A stretch of 64,000 bases of DNA from contig NC_067403.1 in assembly GCF_016432865.1 (NCBI RefSeq), forward strand, positions 256,246,001-256,310,000, given 5' to 3'. This DNA comes from Antechinus flavipes (Eukaryota). Below, one piece after another: positions 43,101-55,400 of this stretch. The notes below the pieces were generated by a model, which was not told the origin of the DNA, searched no databases, and worked only from the letters and a program-made list of their open reading frames with translations. The translations under genes were made by a program, and so were the position numbers. How positions within the stretch are numbered: the first letter of the stretch is position 1; each line of letters opens with the position of its first letter.

Positions 43101-46100
43101 CAGTGGGGCCCCTTCCTTTCAGAGCTGCCTCCCCCACTTCAGCCAGACCGAGTTCTCCGTCGTCAGGCAACACGAGGAGTTCATCTGGCTCCACGACGCT
43201 TACACTGACAACGAGGACTACGCGGGCATCATTGTGAGGCCCTGGACTCGGACCCCAGGGCTGCCCCGGGAGCTGGCAGGGACCCCTGGAGGCCGAGTGC
43301 AGCCGGGGAGGGGGGAGGCGGACCGGGCCCCGGGAGCCCGCCGCAGCCGTCTCAGCTCCTTTCTGTTCTGAGCAGATCCCCCCGGCTCCCCCCAAACCAG
43401 ACTTTGAGGCTTCGCGGGAAAAGCTGCAGAGGCTGGGGGAGGGGGACAGCTCGGTCACCAGGGAAGAGTTTGCCAAAATGAAGCAAGAACTAGAGGGGTG
43501 AGACACCCCCTCCCCTCCTGCGTCTACCCTCCCTCACCCCTCGGCTCCCGTATCCAGGGGTGTGTCATAGTGGCTGGGGCGGTCTGGCACCAGGAAGCCC
43601 CGAGTTCTAGCCTGCAGCAGTCACCAATCCTCGCTCCTTCCGGCCTCTGACCCTTCTCACAGAGGGGCTAGCCAAGGCTCCTCTGTCACAAAGCAGTCGG
43701 GGAGGCCCTGGGGCCCGGGGAAGACTCCGCTCCTTTGGAGAGAAGTTGGGGCACGCTGATCAGCCCCTTGGGTTAACAATGGGAGGAACGACAGGAGAGC
43801 TCATCTCCTCACAGAGGATTCAGGACCTTGGGCAGCGGGGGATAGAGCAGCAGGTGCAGCAGTGGTTAGAGCATCAGGCCGGGAGTTCAGATTTGGCCTC
43901 AGACACTCATTAGCTGCAGCACCCTGGGCAAGTCCCCCCCCCCCCCCCCCTCCCTCGGTCTGCCCCATTTTCCTCATCTGTGAAATGAGCTGGGAAAGGC
44001 AATGGCCCACCGCCCCAATCTGCTGAGAACCCCAAATGGGGCCCCGAGCTACCAAAAACCTCCGTTTTATGGCCCAAGTAGATTAAGGGACTGGAGCAGG
44101 TCAGGGAGCAAGGCAGGTGGGCCTGCACCACTCAGGCTTCAGGGCTCCCTGGTGGCCCACTTGACCCCAGCCTGCAGGGAGTGGCGCCCTGGCTCCAAGT
44201 GGGGCAGCTGATGTAGGCAGTGTTGGACCCGAGTTCCAATCTAGCCAGATAGTGAGACCTTGGACAGCTCACTAACCTTTGCTTCTACTACAAAAGGGGG
44301 ATAATTCAGCCTCTGCCTTCCTCAATGGTGACAAACAGGATTTGTAAAAGCACTCAGTGCTTATACACACTAAATGGGAATAATTGGCCATAGTGCCTGG
44401 CACACAGTAAGTAGGTGCCTTATAAATGGGACTATTTGGCCATAGTTCTTGGCATGCAGTAGGTGTTGTATAAATGCTTCCCTCAGGGACTTTTTTGACT
44501 ATAGTGTCTGGCACACAGTAGGTGCTGTATAAATGGGACCGTTTGGCTATAGTGCCCAGCAAGCAGTAGGTGCTGTATAAATGCTCCTTCCCTAAGAGTC
44601 TGTCTGGTCCTAGTGCCCAGCACACAGTAGGTGCTATATAAATGCTTCTCCTTCCCTCAGGGAGTACCTGGCCATCTTTAAGAAGACAGTAGCCATGCAC
44701 GAGGTGTTCCTCCAGCGCCTGGCTGCCCATCCCACGCTGCGCCGGGACCACAACCTCTATGTCTTCTTGGAGTACGGCCAAGATGTGAGTTGCCCCCAGA
44801 CCCTCCGAGCAGCCCGGAGGGGCCTGGCCAAGGCTGACCCTGCCCCCATCCCTGTGGGAGGGGCCTGGCCAAGGCTGACCCTACCCCCATCTCTATCCCA
44901 GCTGAGTGTTCGTGGGAAGAATAAGAAGGAGCTGTTCGGGGGGTTCATCAGGAACATTGTGAAGTCGGCAGACGAAGCCCTCATTACCGGAGTGTCAGGA
45001 CTGAAGGTGAGGGCCTGGGGGGGCTGAGTGGGCCAATGTCCAGTGGGAGCTCAGGCCTCCTCTGGCCTAGTCGGTCCCAGAGACCCTGGGGGCCGGGTTT
45101 CCCTAGTGGAGGCCCTTGGGCCTCACCCTGCAGGCCTCTCCCCTCCACCTCTGCCTGCCTCCTAGGAGGTGGACGAGTTCTTCGAGCACGAGAGGACCTT
45201 CTTGCTGGAGTACCACGCTCGAATCCGGGACGCCTGCCTGCGAGCCGACCGCGTCATGCGCTCCCACAAGTGTACGTGGGGACCCCCGGGGCCCCTCCTG
45301 AAGGCCCAAGCGGGGACGAGCCAAGGTGTGGTCTTTCCCCGTTGCCCACAGCCCCCCGCCAGGCTCTGATGGCGGACACGCCCCTAACAGGCTTGGCCGA
45401 GGACTACATCCCCATCTCCGCGGCGCTGAGCAGCCTGGGCACCCAGGAAGTCAACCAGTTAAAGACGTGAGCTGCCCCTTGCCCCTTTTGCCTGTCACTC
45501 TCCCCCAGGCCACTAGGCCCCAGGTAACCGGGGGTGGGGGGTGTCCAACAGCCTCGCCCACGCCGCTTCTGCCAGAGGGATGCCAGGGCACCCCCGGGCA
45601 AAGGCCTGCCCCTCTCCTTTCCCAGGAGCTTTCTAAAACTGGCTGAACTCTTTGAACGTCTGAGGGTGAGAAGTCCTTCCTGCTTTTGACTTGGCCCCGT
45701 CCGTGGGAGGGCACCTTGGGGAGGTGGGGGGCAGGCACAGGGCCCAGAGATCCAAGTGGCTGCCGAGACCCTGGGGTGGGGACCCGCAGGGGAGATGGGC
45801 CCCGCGCTGCCCCAGTGTCCCAGGGCGCGGAGCCTCCCCCCAGGGCCAGGCCCTCCCTCGTCCGCCCCACAGAAGCTGGAGGGCCGGGTGGCCTCCGACG
45901 AGGACCTGAAGCTCTCCGACATGCTCCACTACTACATGAGGGATGCCCAAGCAGCCAAGGTGAGAGGCCCTTCTGGGCGCTGCCCGGGCCCGGCGCTCGG
46001 CCCCAGCCTCGGGGGGCCTAGCCTCGCCTGGCTCCCGGTCTCCCTCCCCTCAGGACCTGCTCTATCGGCGGCTGCGGGCGCTGGCCGACTACGAGAATGC

Positions 46101-46615
46101 CAACAAGGCCCTGGACAAAGCCCGGATGAGGAACCGCGAGGTGCGGTCGGCGGAGACGCACCAGCAGCTGTGCTGCCGCCGCTTCGAGCGCCTCTCGGAC
46201 TCGGCCAAGCAGGGTGAGTGAAGGGCCGGGCCGGACCCCCCCCACCCCACCGGAGCGGGCCAGTGCAACCCGGTCTCCTGTCCCTTTCTTTGGCTCAGAG
46301 CTCACTGACTTTAAGGCTCGCCGAGGCTCTGCTTTCCGAAAGAACCTCATCGAGTTGGCTGAACTGGAACTCAAACACGCCAAGGTAACGCTGCCTGCCG
46401 GTGGGGGAGGCGGAGGACCACGCCCAAGATGGCGGGCAAGGTCGGCCCCCTGGCTGAGGGTGGGGAACTGAAGAGCTCACTCTGATGGCAACGGCTCATC
46501 CACCCCAAGTCGTCCTGGGCCCTGCCTCCCCACCCAGAGCACCCCCTTCTCTCTTCCCCAGGCCAGTACGCTTCTTCTAAGAAACACCCTCATTGCCCTC
46601 AAGGGGGAACCCTAG
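40103..46615 (+). CDS. SNX32: Sorting nexin-32 (PX-BAR), 13 coding exons, ~407 aa
   Basis: Exons: 40103-(gap; [11 protein letters not shown]), 42791 (or 42805)-42907, 43123-43233, 43376-43497, 44661-44784, 44902-45006, 45166-45271, 45391-45466, 45626-45665, 45873-45959, 46054-46213, 46299-46384, 46562-46615. GT-AG junctions with consistent phases. Motifs [47 protein letters not shown] and C-terminal LKGEP*. AATAAA at 46831-46836. Confidence 0.95.
40660..41452. repeat. Complex (TG)-rich satellite in SNX32 intron 1
   Basis: About 790 bp of gtgtgtcc/atgtgt/gtgtggtgtat variants. Confidence 0.95.
43845..44045 (+). mobile_element. MAR1-like SINE in SNX32 intron 4
   Basis: gcagtggttagagc...gagttcagatttggcctcagacac...ccctgggcaagtc...ttttcctcatctgtgaaatg plus RTE-type tail gagaaccccaaatggg. 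Confidence 0.7.
44389..44660 (+). repeat. Tandem array (x5) of an L2-3'-end-derived unit ending at the SNX32 exon 5 acceptor
   Basis: Core (a/c)tagtg(c/t)(c/t)(t/c)(g/a)gca..cagtaggtg(c/t)t.tataaatg, with alternating ~50 and ~60 bp units. Confidence 0.85.
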
Positions 46616-47754
46616 CATCCTCCCCTACCCGCCAATCCACAGCCTTCCCTACTCTGGACACGTGGACCACGAGGGGCTGCTGGGGGTGACGGGCATCCAC
46701 CACCCCTGAACCTAGAGTGGCCCTCAGCCAGGGCTGCAGGAACAGCCCGGGGGCTTCTGGACAGTAACTGCCCTGGCCCTCCAGAGGTCAGCCCCATCCA
46801 CACCCGTGTAAACTTCCCTTCACTAATGGAAATAAAAGTTCTTGCTCTGAATCCAGTGTGTCCTGTGCTCTCTTTGAGGCTGGCCATGGGGGGGGGGGGA
46901 GGCGCTAGCCTCCATCCCAGGGTTTCCCATCCAGATTAACTGGGGCTCACTTGGCAGTTACTTCTGGTCCTTCTCCAGGGATCCCCAGTCAGCTGGGGAG
47001 GGGCGGGGCAGGCTCAGAAGAGTCCTTCTCTCCCTCCAGGCAGGGCTGCAATCACTGCCCCCTCTCCCTGGACACCCAGAACAGAGGGACTGAGCCTCAA
47101 GCCAAGCTGTGCCGGGCGGCCTCCTCTGCAGCTACCACATGCCCCAGGTGACGGCTGTGCAGACCAGAGGGGCGAAGGCAGCCTGCTGTGTTTAGCCCCC
47201 CCCCCTTCCACCCATCCCAGAAAAAACCAGCCTTCGAAGCAGCTCACCTTTTTATTTATTTGTCTTTTTTTTAATTGAACTTTCCTTTTTACTGGCGCTG
47301 TAACTTTCCTTTATACTGGCCACATGAGTAACTGGGGGGAGGGGAGCCGGCTGTGTGGGGGGAAGGGGTCTCCACAACATTCCATTTATACACAAAACTA
47401 AACAACAAGCACAAAGCCACTATTGCAGTTAGAAGTTGGCAGCACCGGGGAAGGGGGAAAACTGGGGGCATCAGTTAAAAAAAATACTGGCCTCCCCCCC
47501 ATCTGGGCGTCTGGGAGGGGCTTGGTCTGCTACAACTCAAGAGGAATGAGAAGATCAAAGGCGGTTTGGGAAGGCCAGAGCCACTGGGGTGAAGTGGGGG
47601 AGGTCAGGGGTCGGGGGGCGGTTTGGCAAATGGGTGAAGGGATTGCCCTGCCCCTGCTGGGATCCCCCCAGCCCCTCGGGTCTGGCAGGAAGGGGGCAGC
47701 CTGCTCTCCCGCTGGGCTTGGCCAGCCCCAGCAGGGGAGCCGGAGGTGGGAGAC

Positions 47755-49967
47755 TCACAAGGGCTTCCCCTCCAGGGAAATCACGGCATTGCCCCCCAGT
47801 TTCTCGGCCAGGGTACAGCGATCCTTCACTTCCTCGTAACAGTTGGCTTGTAATTCGTGTTTGATCCCTGTGAAAAGGAATTGGGAGGGGGGTCAGAGCC
47901 AAGGAAGGCTTAGACCCACCCCCGCTTTACAGATAAAACCCAACCCCAAGCTTCAAAGGTCCCACCACAGTCAATCAGGCTCCTCACCCAGTTCTTCAGA
48001 CCCAACGAAATTCGGCCTTGCGCGCCAAAGAGGGTTACGCTATTGGAAATGCCATCTCACACACGCACGCGCATACACACACCTGTCAGTTTCTTCTTGA
48101 TGGCGTCCTTGGAGCTCGCATAGATCATTTTGCTCTTGAGGGGGGCACACTCGGGGGCCCTGGGAGGAGAGACAAGAGTTAGAAAGCTGGGGAGTGCGTC
48201 CTTGGCTCTGGGCCCAGCCTCTCCAGGGGATCGGCACCCCCCAGACTCACCAGAAGATGAACACGAGGTCCTCCTTCTTGCTCTCCTTGGTCTCGTAGGT
48301 AGCATCATAGAGGGCGTAGCGGCAGTCCTTGTCTGGTAGCATCTTGACAAAGGTGGTATAGGGGTCATCCACGGTCTCCCCCACGTCACCCACCAGGATC
48401 TCCTTGCCCTCTTCCAGCACAATGTTCTTCTTGTCCTCGCTCAGGCAGAACAACACGGCCTTCTTGCGCTTCTTCACCTCCTCGGGTGTGGAGGACTTGC
48501 GAACCTTCATGTCGTTGAACACCTTAATCACTCCATCTGAGACTGCGACCCCAGAGGCCTGTGGGCACGGAGAGCTCAGTGAGGGAGATGGGACGCTCTT
48601 CCCGGGGCCCGTCCCATCAGACTCAAAGAACAAGTGATTGGCTTAGTAACAAAGGGGAGTAGTTAGAAGAATACTTCCAGTGTTTTCTCATTTGATATTC
48701 TTAACAGAGGAAATAGCTGGGTCCCATTTTACAAAAGCATAAACAGAGGCCAAATGATTTTTGCCCCAAAGCAAAAACTAACCAGTCTCAAAAATTGCAT
48801 TTATACTCAGGTCTGCCTCACTCCCAAGCCTTAGCTGCTGCTTTCTCCCTAACCCTAGTACCTCAAAAACATAGAATGGGGCAGATCACCAAGTAGTAAG
48901 GTTTCATTGTTGATTGAGATTCCCTGGCTCCTACCCTGGGCAAGGAGGTCCTGACCCTGAGAACCCTGGCCTGGCCAGCTGGGAAATCCACTTTGGATTC
49001 GGGACCCCAAGAACCCAGTTGGGCAAGCCCACCTTTCTTTGGTACCAAGAATCAGGGGGAACAGCTACTGCTTTAAGGGGCCGCAGATTGGGGGCTGATG
49101 GGAGGCCTGGCCTAGAGGTCACCGAATCACTGAGGACACCTACTCCCCAAAAGATTTGAACTAAAGGGACAAGATCACGGCCTTTCCAGGCTAGGACCAC
49201 GTGGACTGTGGGGCTCCACGGGGGTCCTGCTCTAGCGTCCCTCCTTGGGGTTGGGGGGCAGGCTTTCAGCAGCTAGGCTGCTGCTTCCTGAGTTCGAGGG
49301 GAAGGAGCCTACCCGAGGAAGACGAGCACAGCAACCATTCAGGAAGGGGAGGGCACGTCGGGCGGGGACTACCCCCTTCCGGACCTACTTCCCCAAACTG
49401 GGCCCAGGCCTTAGAGGTTCTCCTGCCCCCCCGCCCCCAGCCTGGGGTGGTCTTGAAATGCCAACACCCCGCCCTCCTTCCAGCTGCTGGGCCGCGTGCT
49501 CAAGGCCCAGCGTGAGTGCGCCCCCTCCCTTTCTCTCCCTCCCCCTCCCCAACTGTCCTTCGCTTTGCTTCAGCTCTCGGAAGGAACGCGCATGCGCGAC
49601 GCCCCCGGGTACAGGAGCCGCGCGCGCCACTAACCCCCCCTTTCCAAGCACCACTTAACGGTTGGGGAGGGTCGCGCGCGTGGCCACTTCGCCCAACAAC
49701 CGTCAACGTCAGACGAGCGCGCGCAGGGAGAGGGGGCCCGCCGGCGCGCGCGCGCCCGCCCGCCCGGCCATCCGCCTGGCGCACGAGCCCCTCCATCGCT
49801 GCCGGTCTCGCCCGCGGCGTCCCAGGAGGGGGAGGGGAAGAGATGGAGAGGATGGAGAGGAGGATGGAAAGGAGGATGAGGACACCGCCCCGCCCGCTGC
49901 ACCGCCTACACCACCCCCGCTCCCGGGCGCCGGTCCCCCGCGGAGCTCTCTGGCCCGCGCTCACCAT
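47755..49967 (-). CDS. CFL1: Cofilin-1, 166 aa, 4 coding exons
   Basis: Exons 49965-49967 (ATG), 48251-48558, 48083-48159 and 47755-47867 total 501 nt. Sequence [21 protein letters not shown]...[33 protein letters not shown]...EGKPL*. AATAAA (minus strand) at 47251-47256. Confidence 0.98.
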
Positions 49968-51000
49968 GGTTCCGGAAAGGAGCGAGCGAGCGAGCGAGGG
50001 AGGGAGGGTGAGGGAGGAAACGAGGGCCACAGGAGAGGAGGGAATCGCTCCTTCGCCGCCGCTGCCTGGAGCCGACTGAACGCGGCCTCTCCCGGCCCCT
50101 TCCGTTTAGTAGGAGCCGCACAATGAGAGGCGGGGCGAGCTTCCGGCGCTTCGGGGACGGGGCCGACGGGAAATGGAGTTCCGTCGCGCTGCGCCGCCCC
50201 GGGGCACGCCGGGAAGTGGAGTCTCCCCTTCTCCTCCACTGCGGGTCTAGCTCGGGCGTTCGGCCCCTGCGGAGAGGGGCGGGGCCAGAAGCGCCGGGAG
50301 CGCTCCTCCATTGGTCTATGTCTCGGCCTCTGCTGCCCTGCTGATGCCTGCTCGGGCTCCCGGGGCGAGAGACTGGAGTCCAGGTCCTTGTTACAGCTCT
50401 AGGTCCCATTTTACAAAGAGGAAAGCGGAGGCCCAGAATGGCCTCCATATACGGCAGACGGAGAAACTGAGGCTCTCTGCCTCAGAAACCACAAGCCCAA
50501 GAACTTGGGCTTCCACATGAAGCCTTTTTTCGAGGGGCCGGCCAGAGACCTAGGGGGGCACACTACGCTGGACGGGTTACCGTGGTGTGGGAATGGGGGG
50601 AAGGAGCAGGGGGTTGTGTCCCCATCTCATTCCCTCGGATATGCGGATGGCTGAGGTTTGCAGAACTGTTAACGGAGAAAACAGACCCCCATTTTGCAGA
50701 TGGCAAAACTGAGGCCCAAAACATAGGCAGTGATTTGTCTCGGGTAATCGGCGGACGGAAACCTCAAAGCAAAGGCAAGGCCAAAGCAAGGTCGCCCCCG
50801 CCCTCGCGGCAGCTCTCCCCGCCTACTTCCAGCTAGGACAGAGCCCGCGACTCGAAGCGGCCAAGGAGAGTTGCGCTGTCGCTGGGGAGGCGGGCCCCGA
50901 GCCTTCCCCGTGGGAGGGGAGGGGGCGCGAGACTCGCGGTCGCCATGGAGACCGGCCCCCACCCACCCGTTAGCCTGCAGCTTCGGGATGCCCCAGATCG

Positions 51001-51086
51001 CCTTATTAGGACAAGAGCCGGGAGGGGGCGGAGCCAGGGAGAATGCTCGTTCACCTCGCCTTATATGGAAACTGAGCCTTATTTGG
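51001..51086. promoter_or_regulatory. Triple CArG (SRF) box cluster upstream of CFL1
   Basis: Perfect CC(A/T)6GG at 51001-51010 (CCTTATTAGG), 51059-51068 (CCTTATATGG) and 51077-51086 (CCTTATTTGG). Confidence 0.8.
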
Positions 51087-51259
51087 AAACTGCGGGAGGT
51101 CGGGCGAAGCCTAGCGTGTGCTTGGGGGAGGGGGGGGGGGGCTCGGCTGAGGGTGGGGGCGGGGAGGGGGCCAGCTGGCCTGGCCGCGGCTCTGCTTGCC
51201 CCGGACTCATCGATCAGTCGCATGCCAGCCTTTCCTGCCCGGCTCCTCTCTCTGTATAT

Positions 51260-51860
51260 ACCCAGGGCTCTATCCAGGGAGTTTCCTCTGCGGGTTTCCC
51301 AGGTTCTATCGGTCTCTAGACATTTCCCGGAAAACACTGCGGATTTCCCGGGGACTATCCGGCCTTCTCTCTGGACATTTTCCAGTCCCCTCTGCTCATT
51401 TCCAAGGTTCTATCCAATATTACCCCCTCCCCCGCTCCATCCGGTGTCGTTTGCAGAACTCTCGGGCTCTATCCAGAATGCACAGCCCCCAGGCTCTATC
51501 CTGTCCTTTTTTGCCCAAGCTCTATCCATAATGCATTTTTGCAGATCTCCCGAGCTCGATCCAGAATGCTCATCCCCCAGTTCTATTTGGTCCCCTTTGC
51601 AGCTCTCCCAAGCTCGATCCAGAATGCACCCAGCTCTATCCTGTCCTTTCTTGCAGATCTCCCAAGCTCGATTCAGAATGCACCCAGCTCTATCCTGTCC
51701 TTTTTTGCAGATCTCCCGGGCTCTATCCAGAATTCACCCCCCCTCCCCGCTCCCGGCTCTATCCGGTCCCCTTTGCAGATCTCCCAGGCTCTATCCAGAA
51801 TGCACATCCCCCACTTCTATCCGGTCCCTTTTGCAGATGTCCCGGGCTTTAGCCAGTCCC
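51260..51860. repeat. Degenerate ~54-58 bp minisatellite between the CFL1 and MUS81 promoters
   Basis: Recurrent ttgcagatctcccaagctcgatccagaatgcacccagctctatcctgtccttt; cagaat at 51562, 51620, 51674 and 51728. Confidence 0.85.
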
Positions 51861-52455
51861 GTCTGCGGGTCTTCCGGGATTCCGTCCCCTTTGTGAATTC
51901 TCCAGGTTTTATCCGCCAAGCTTCAGTCCCCTCTGCTTTTCTAGGCTCAGTCGCTTCTCCATGCCCCCTAGAGGATAATGCCCTTTCTTGCAAGTGCTCG
52001 GGCCTCTAGTTCTCTCTGCACGCCCCCTAGAGGCTCCTATCCTTCCTGCAGATGCCCAGGCCGATCCCGCTCAGTGTAGAACCAATGGAACCCAGGTCAG
52101 AGCGGCTTTTTCTGCCCTCCGACCACAGGAGACGCTGTTGCCGTTTTCCCCACCCCCCCACACAATACTCCTCGCTCCTTCCTTTTTCCTAGTGCCAGAA
52201 TGCGGAAGAGGTGGAGCCTTGACTCGGGTTCCCCAGTAGGAAGAGCCCAAATACTGACTGCCGGGGGCGGGGGGGAGGGAAGGGCGGAGGCAGGGGGCGG
52301 CGTGAGAGCCTTTGTTCAGAAGCCCAGGAATAGTTGGGCTGGGGGGAGTAGTGTTACACCCTCAACTCCGGCAAAGCCCGAGAGCCAGGGCGGGGCCTCG
52401 GGGTCACGTGCGCCGCCCCCAGCCTGCTCCGGACGGCCTGGGCCTGGGCTGGCTC

Positions 52456-55400
52456 ATGGCTGCGACCGCGCCCCGCTTGGGCCGGAAGCGGCCCCTGCCC
52501 GCCTGTGCCAACCCACTTTTCGTGCGGTGGCTCCGCGAATGGCGGGACGAGGCGGCGGACCGGGGCCTGCGGACGCGCTTCGTCTACCAGAAGGTGGGCT
52601 GAGGGGAGGGGTGATGGGCGGGGCCTAGAGCGGGGCGGGGCGAGTGGAGGCTTTTCGAAGGTGGGCGGGGTGAGACAAGGAAGGGGGCGGGGTGTTTGGT
52701 CTGGGAAAAGGGGGGGCTCTCACAACCCGGGTGGTGGAGGGGGCGTGCCCGGGGTTTCGGGGAGCCCCCCGGGGCAGATTCAGGGGGCCCTCACAGATCC
52801 AGCCCGTGGCCCTGCAGGCCTTGCGCTCCCTGCTGCGGTACCCCCTGCCCCTGAGGAGCGGCAAGGAAGCCAAGATCCTGCAGCACTTCGGGGATGCTCT
52901 GTGCCGGATGCTGGACCGGCGGCTGGAGCAGCACCGGGCGTCCGGCCCGGCGGACCTGGGTGAGCAGCGGGCTCCGGCGGGGACCTCCCTCCGCACGGCC
53001 CCCACGGCTCCACAAACCGGCTCCTCGTGGGCCCAGAAGCCTTGGGCTGGGGGAACGGTGTTGGGTGGGAGAGGTGAGGGACGGGCCCCCCCAGGCCAAG
53101 TCTGCAGGGGTCCGTGCTGCCCGGAGCTCTCCTCAGAGTCCAGACAGTGGGGCAGCCCTAGCTGGTTTCCGAAGGTGTTACACCCCCCCACCCCCCCACC
53201 CCCACCCCTGCGCCTCCCTCCCCCACCGCACCCCCCCTGAGGCCAGGGTTCTTCCTCCAGGCCTCAGCCAGCCGCCGGACCCGGGGCTCCCACCAGGAGA
53301 GTTGAGCAGACCCCCCAAGGAGTCGGTGAGGAGGCCCCCCCAAGGCTCGCTGGGGACGTGGGGCTCTGGGCTGCCGCCCCTACAGCTGGCATTTCTTCAG
53401 CACTTGGGGGGTGGACACAATCCCCTCCTTGGAGGAGCTGGGGGGGGCAGGGATCCTTTGCTTCTTCAGGGTCCCCACCAGCTGAGTTTAGAAAGAAGCT
53501 CAGATCCTGAGAAGGGGTAGGAAGGAACGGATGCTGGGGCGCAGAGAGGGGCCTGTCCTGGGTTATCGAGGACACTAGGGGGAAGGTGGTACAAAGCAGG
53601 AGAGGCAGCTCTGGTTTGGGGGGGTCTGGGGAGAGGGCCGATGGGGGGATGTGGCTCTGGCGGGCAGTGAAGGAGATCAGGATGACCAGGAGGGGGCAGC
53701 CATGGGGGAGCTCAGGTGAGAGGTTGGGGCCACGAGGGCACCGAGACGGGTGTAGACAGGGAGAGCGTGCGGCCTGCGACAAGGCCCCCTGGGGCCAGCA
53801 AAGCTCCTGAGGCTCAGGGGTGACCCCCCCTCGGGAGGGGGGCAGCTCTGCGAGTCAGGGTCCTCTGGCGGAAGGCAGGACCGAGGCGGGGTGGGCGCTT
53901 GGGGCCAGGACGCTCTTTTTGACTGTTGCAGGGACCAGGCCGGCCCAAGGCTGGTGGCCGCGGCAGCTACAGGCCTCCCCGCCACTCGGCCGCTCGGGCA
54001 GTGCTGCTGATTCTCTACAGGGAGCAGCTGGTGAGCCCGGGGTGGGTGTGGGGAGGACGAGAAACCGCTGCTAGGGGTCGGCGGCAGCGCCCGGGTGGCC
54101 AGGCTGTCCCTGGGGGCCCTGACCCTCCTTCTGCCCCTTTCTTCAGGATCCTGAAAGCCCAGGGTCCCTGAGCAAGGAGGAGCTGCTGCAGAGGTGTGAG
54201 CAGGAAGCCCCCAGGGTAAGAGTAGGGGTGGCCGGGTTCCCCAAGAGGCCTGATGGGAGGCTCGCCTTGGCCTTTGGGCCCGGGAGCTGGCACACTGACT
54301 GGCATCTCTGCCAATCTGGGGGCGGGGAGGGGGCCTCCTGAGAGAGGAGAATCACTCTGGGCCCCCTCCCCACTCTGGTTTGAGGCCCTTGCTGCTTCTG
54401 CCTCTCATGCCTGCCCTGTGTCTGGTCAGGGGGTCCCGAGTGGCCGCGGCGAGCCATGGCCGGCCCTGCGCTCTCTCCTTCACAGAAACCTCATCCAGAG
54501 CTCCCAGTGGCCAGCCAGGTAAGGCCCGGGGCTCCGTTTGCCGCCGCGACCCTCGGAGGGCTCGGGCCTGGTGCACCAGGGGCCACCCCCTCCCTCGGCT
54601 CTTCTGCCTTCTGCAGGTACTCGCTGACCCCCGCAGGCCTGGAGCTGTCCCGGGAGCTGGCAGAAGCCGAAGCTCAGGAAGAGCCGCCTGCCAGCCTCCG
54701 GCCGAGATCCACCCAGCCCCCTGGCAGGGAGGCAGAGGACGGGCCCCAAGGAGCGGTGGCTCGGCTGTGAGTGCCAGGTCCTTGGCCCCTTGCCTTCTGG
54801 GCCGGCTTCCTCTGGGCCGAGCAGCCGTCCTCTTCCCGGAACAACTCCCTGACCCCTCAGGCCCCAGAGGAGGGTGTGGTGGTCTGGGCGCCCCCTCACA
54901 GGCGCCTCTGTTCCCACAGAGTCCGGGCTCCAGAGCTGCCCCTCGAGCTGCGGCCAGGGGAGTACAGGATCCTCTTGTGTGTGGATGTCAGCGAGACCAC
55001 AGGGTGAGGGGGAGGGGGAGGGGGAGGAGGCAGAACCAGGAGGGAGGCTGTGCCAGGGAGTGCCAAGGGCTGCGTGGGGGGGCACAGACTCCACTGTTTA
55101 CCAAGTGTCAGTTGCTTTCCTCAGGCTTTAAAAAAGCCCCTCCCAGCTCTGACCCCCACTGTTCTAAAACACCCCCCCAGCTCTGACCCCCCCCCCGATT
55201 CTAAGGCCCCTGCTCTCTTTGTGCCCACAGGGGCAGCCGTCGACCAGACATTCTGAGGGAGCTGCAGCGCCTGGGAGTCCCCCATGATGTTCGGAAGCTG
55301 CACGTTGGGGACTTTGTTTGGGTGGCTCAGGAGACCAGGCCAAGAGAGCTGAGTAAGGCGGGGGAGGGCTGCACGGGGTGGGGGCTGCACAGGGGGGTGT

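Noticed and set aside
50871-51896. 341-aa ORF between CFL1 and MUS81
   Set aside because: Runs through promoter CArG boxes and the minisatellite; its periodic sequence is repeat-derived.
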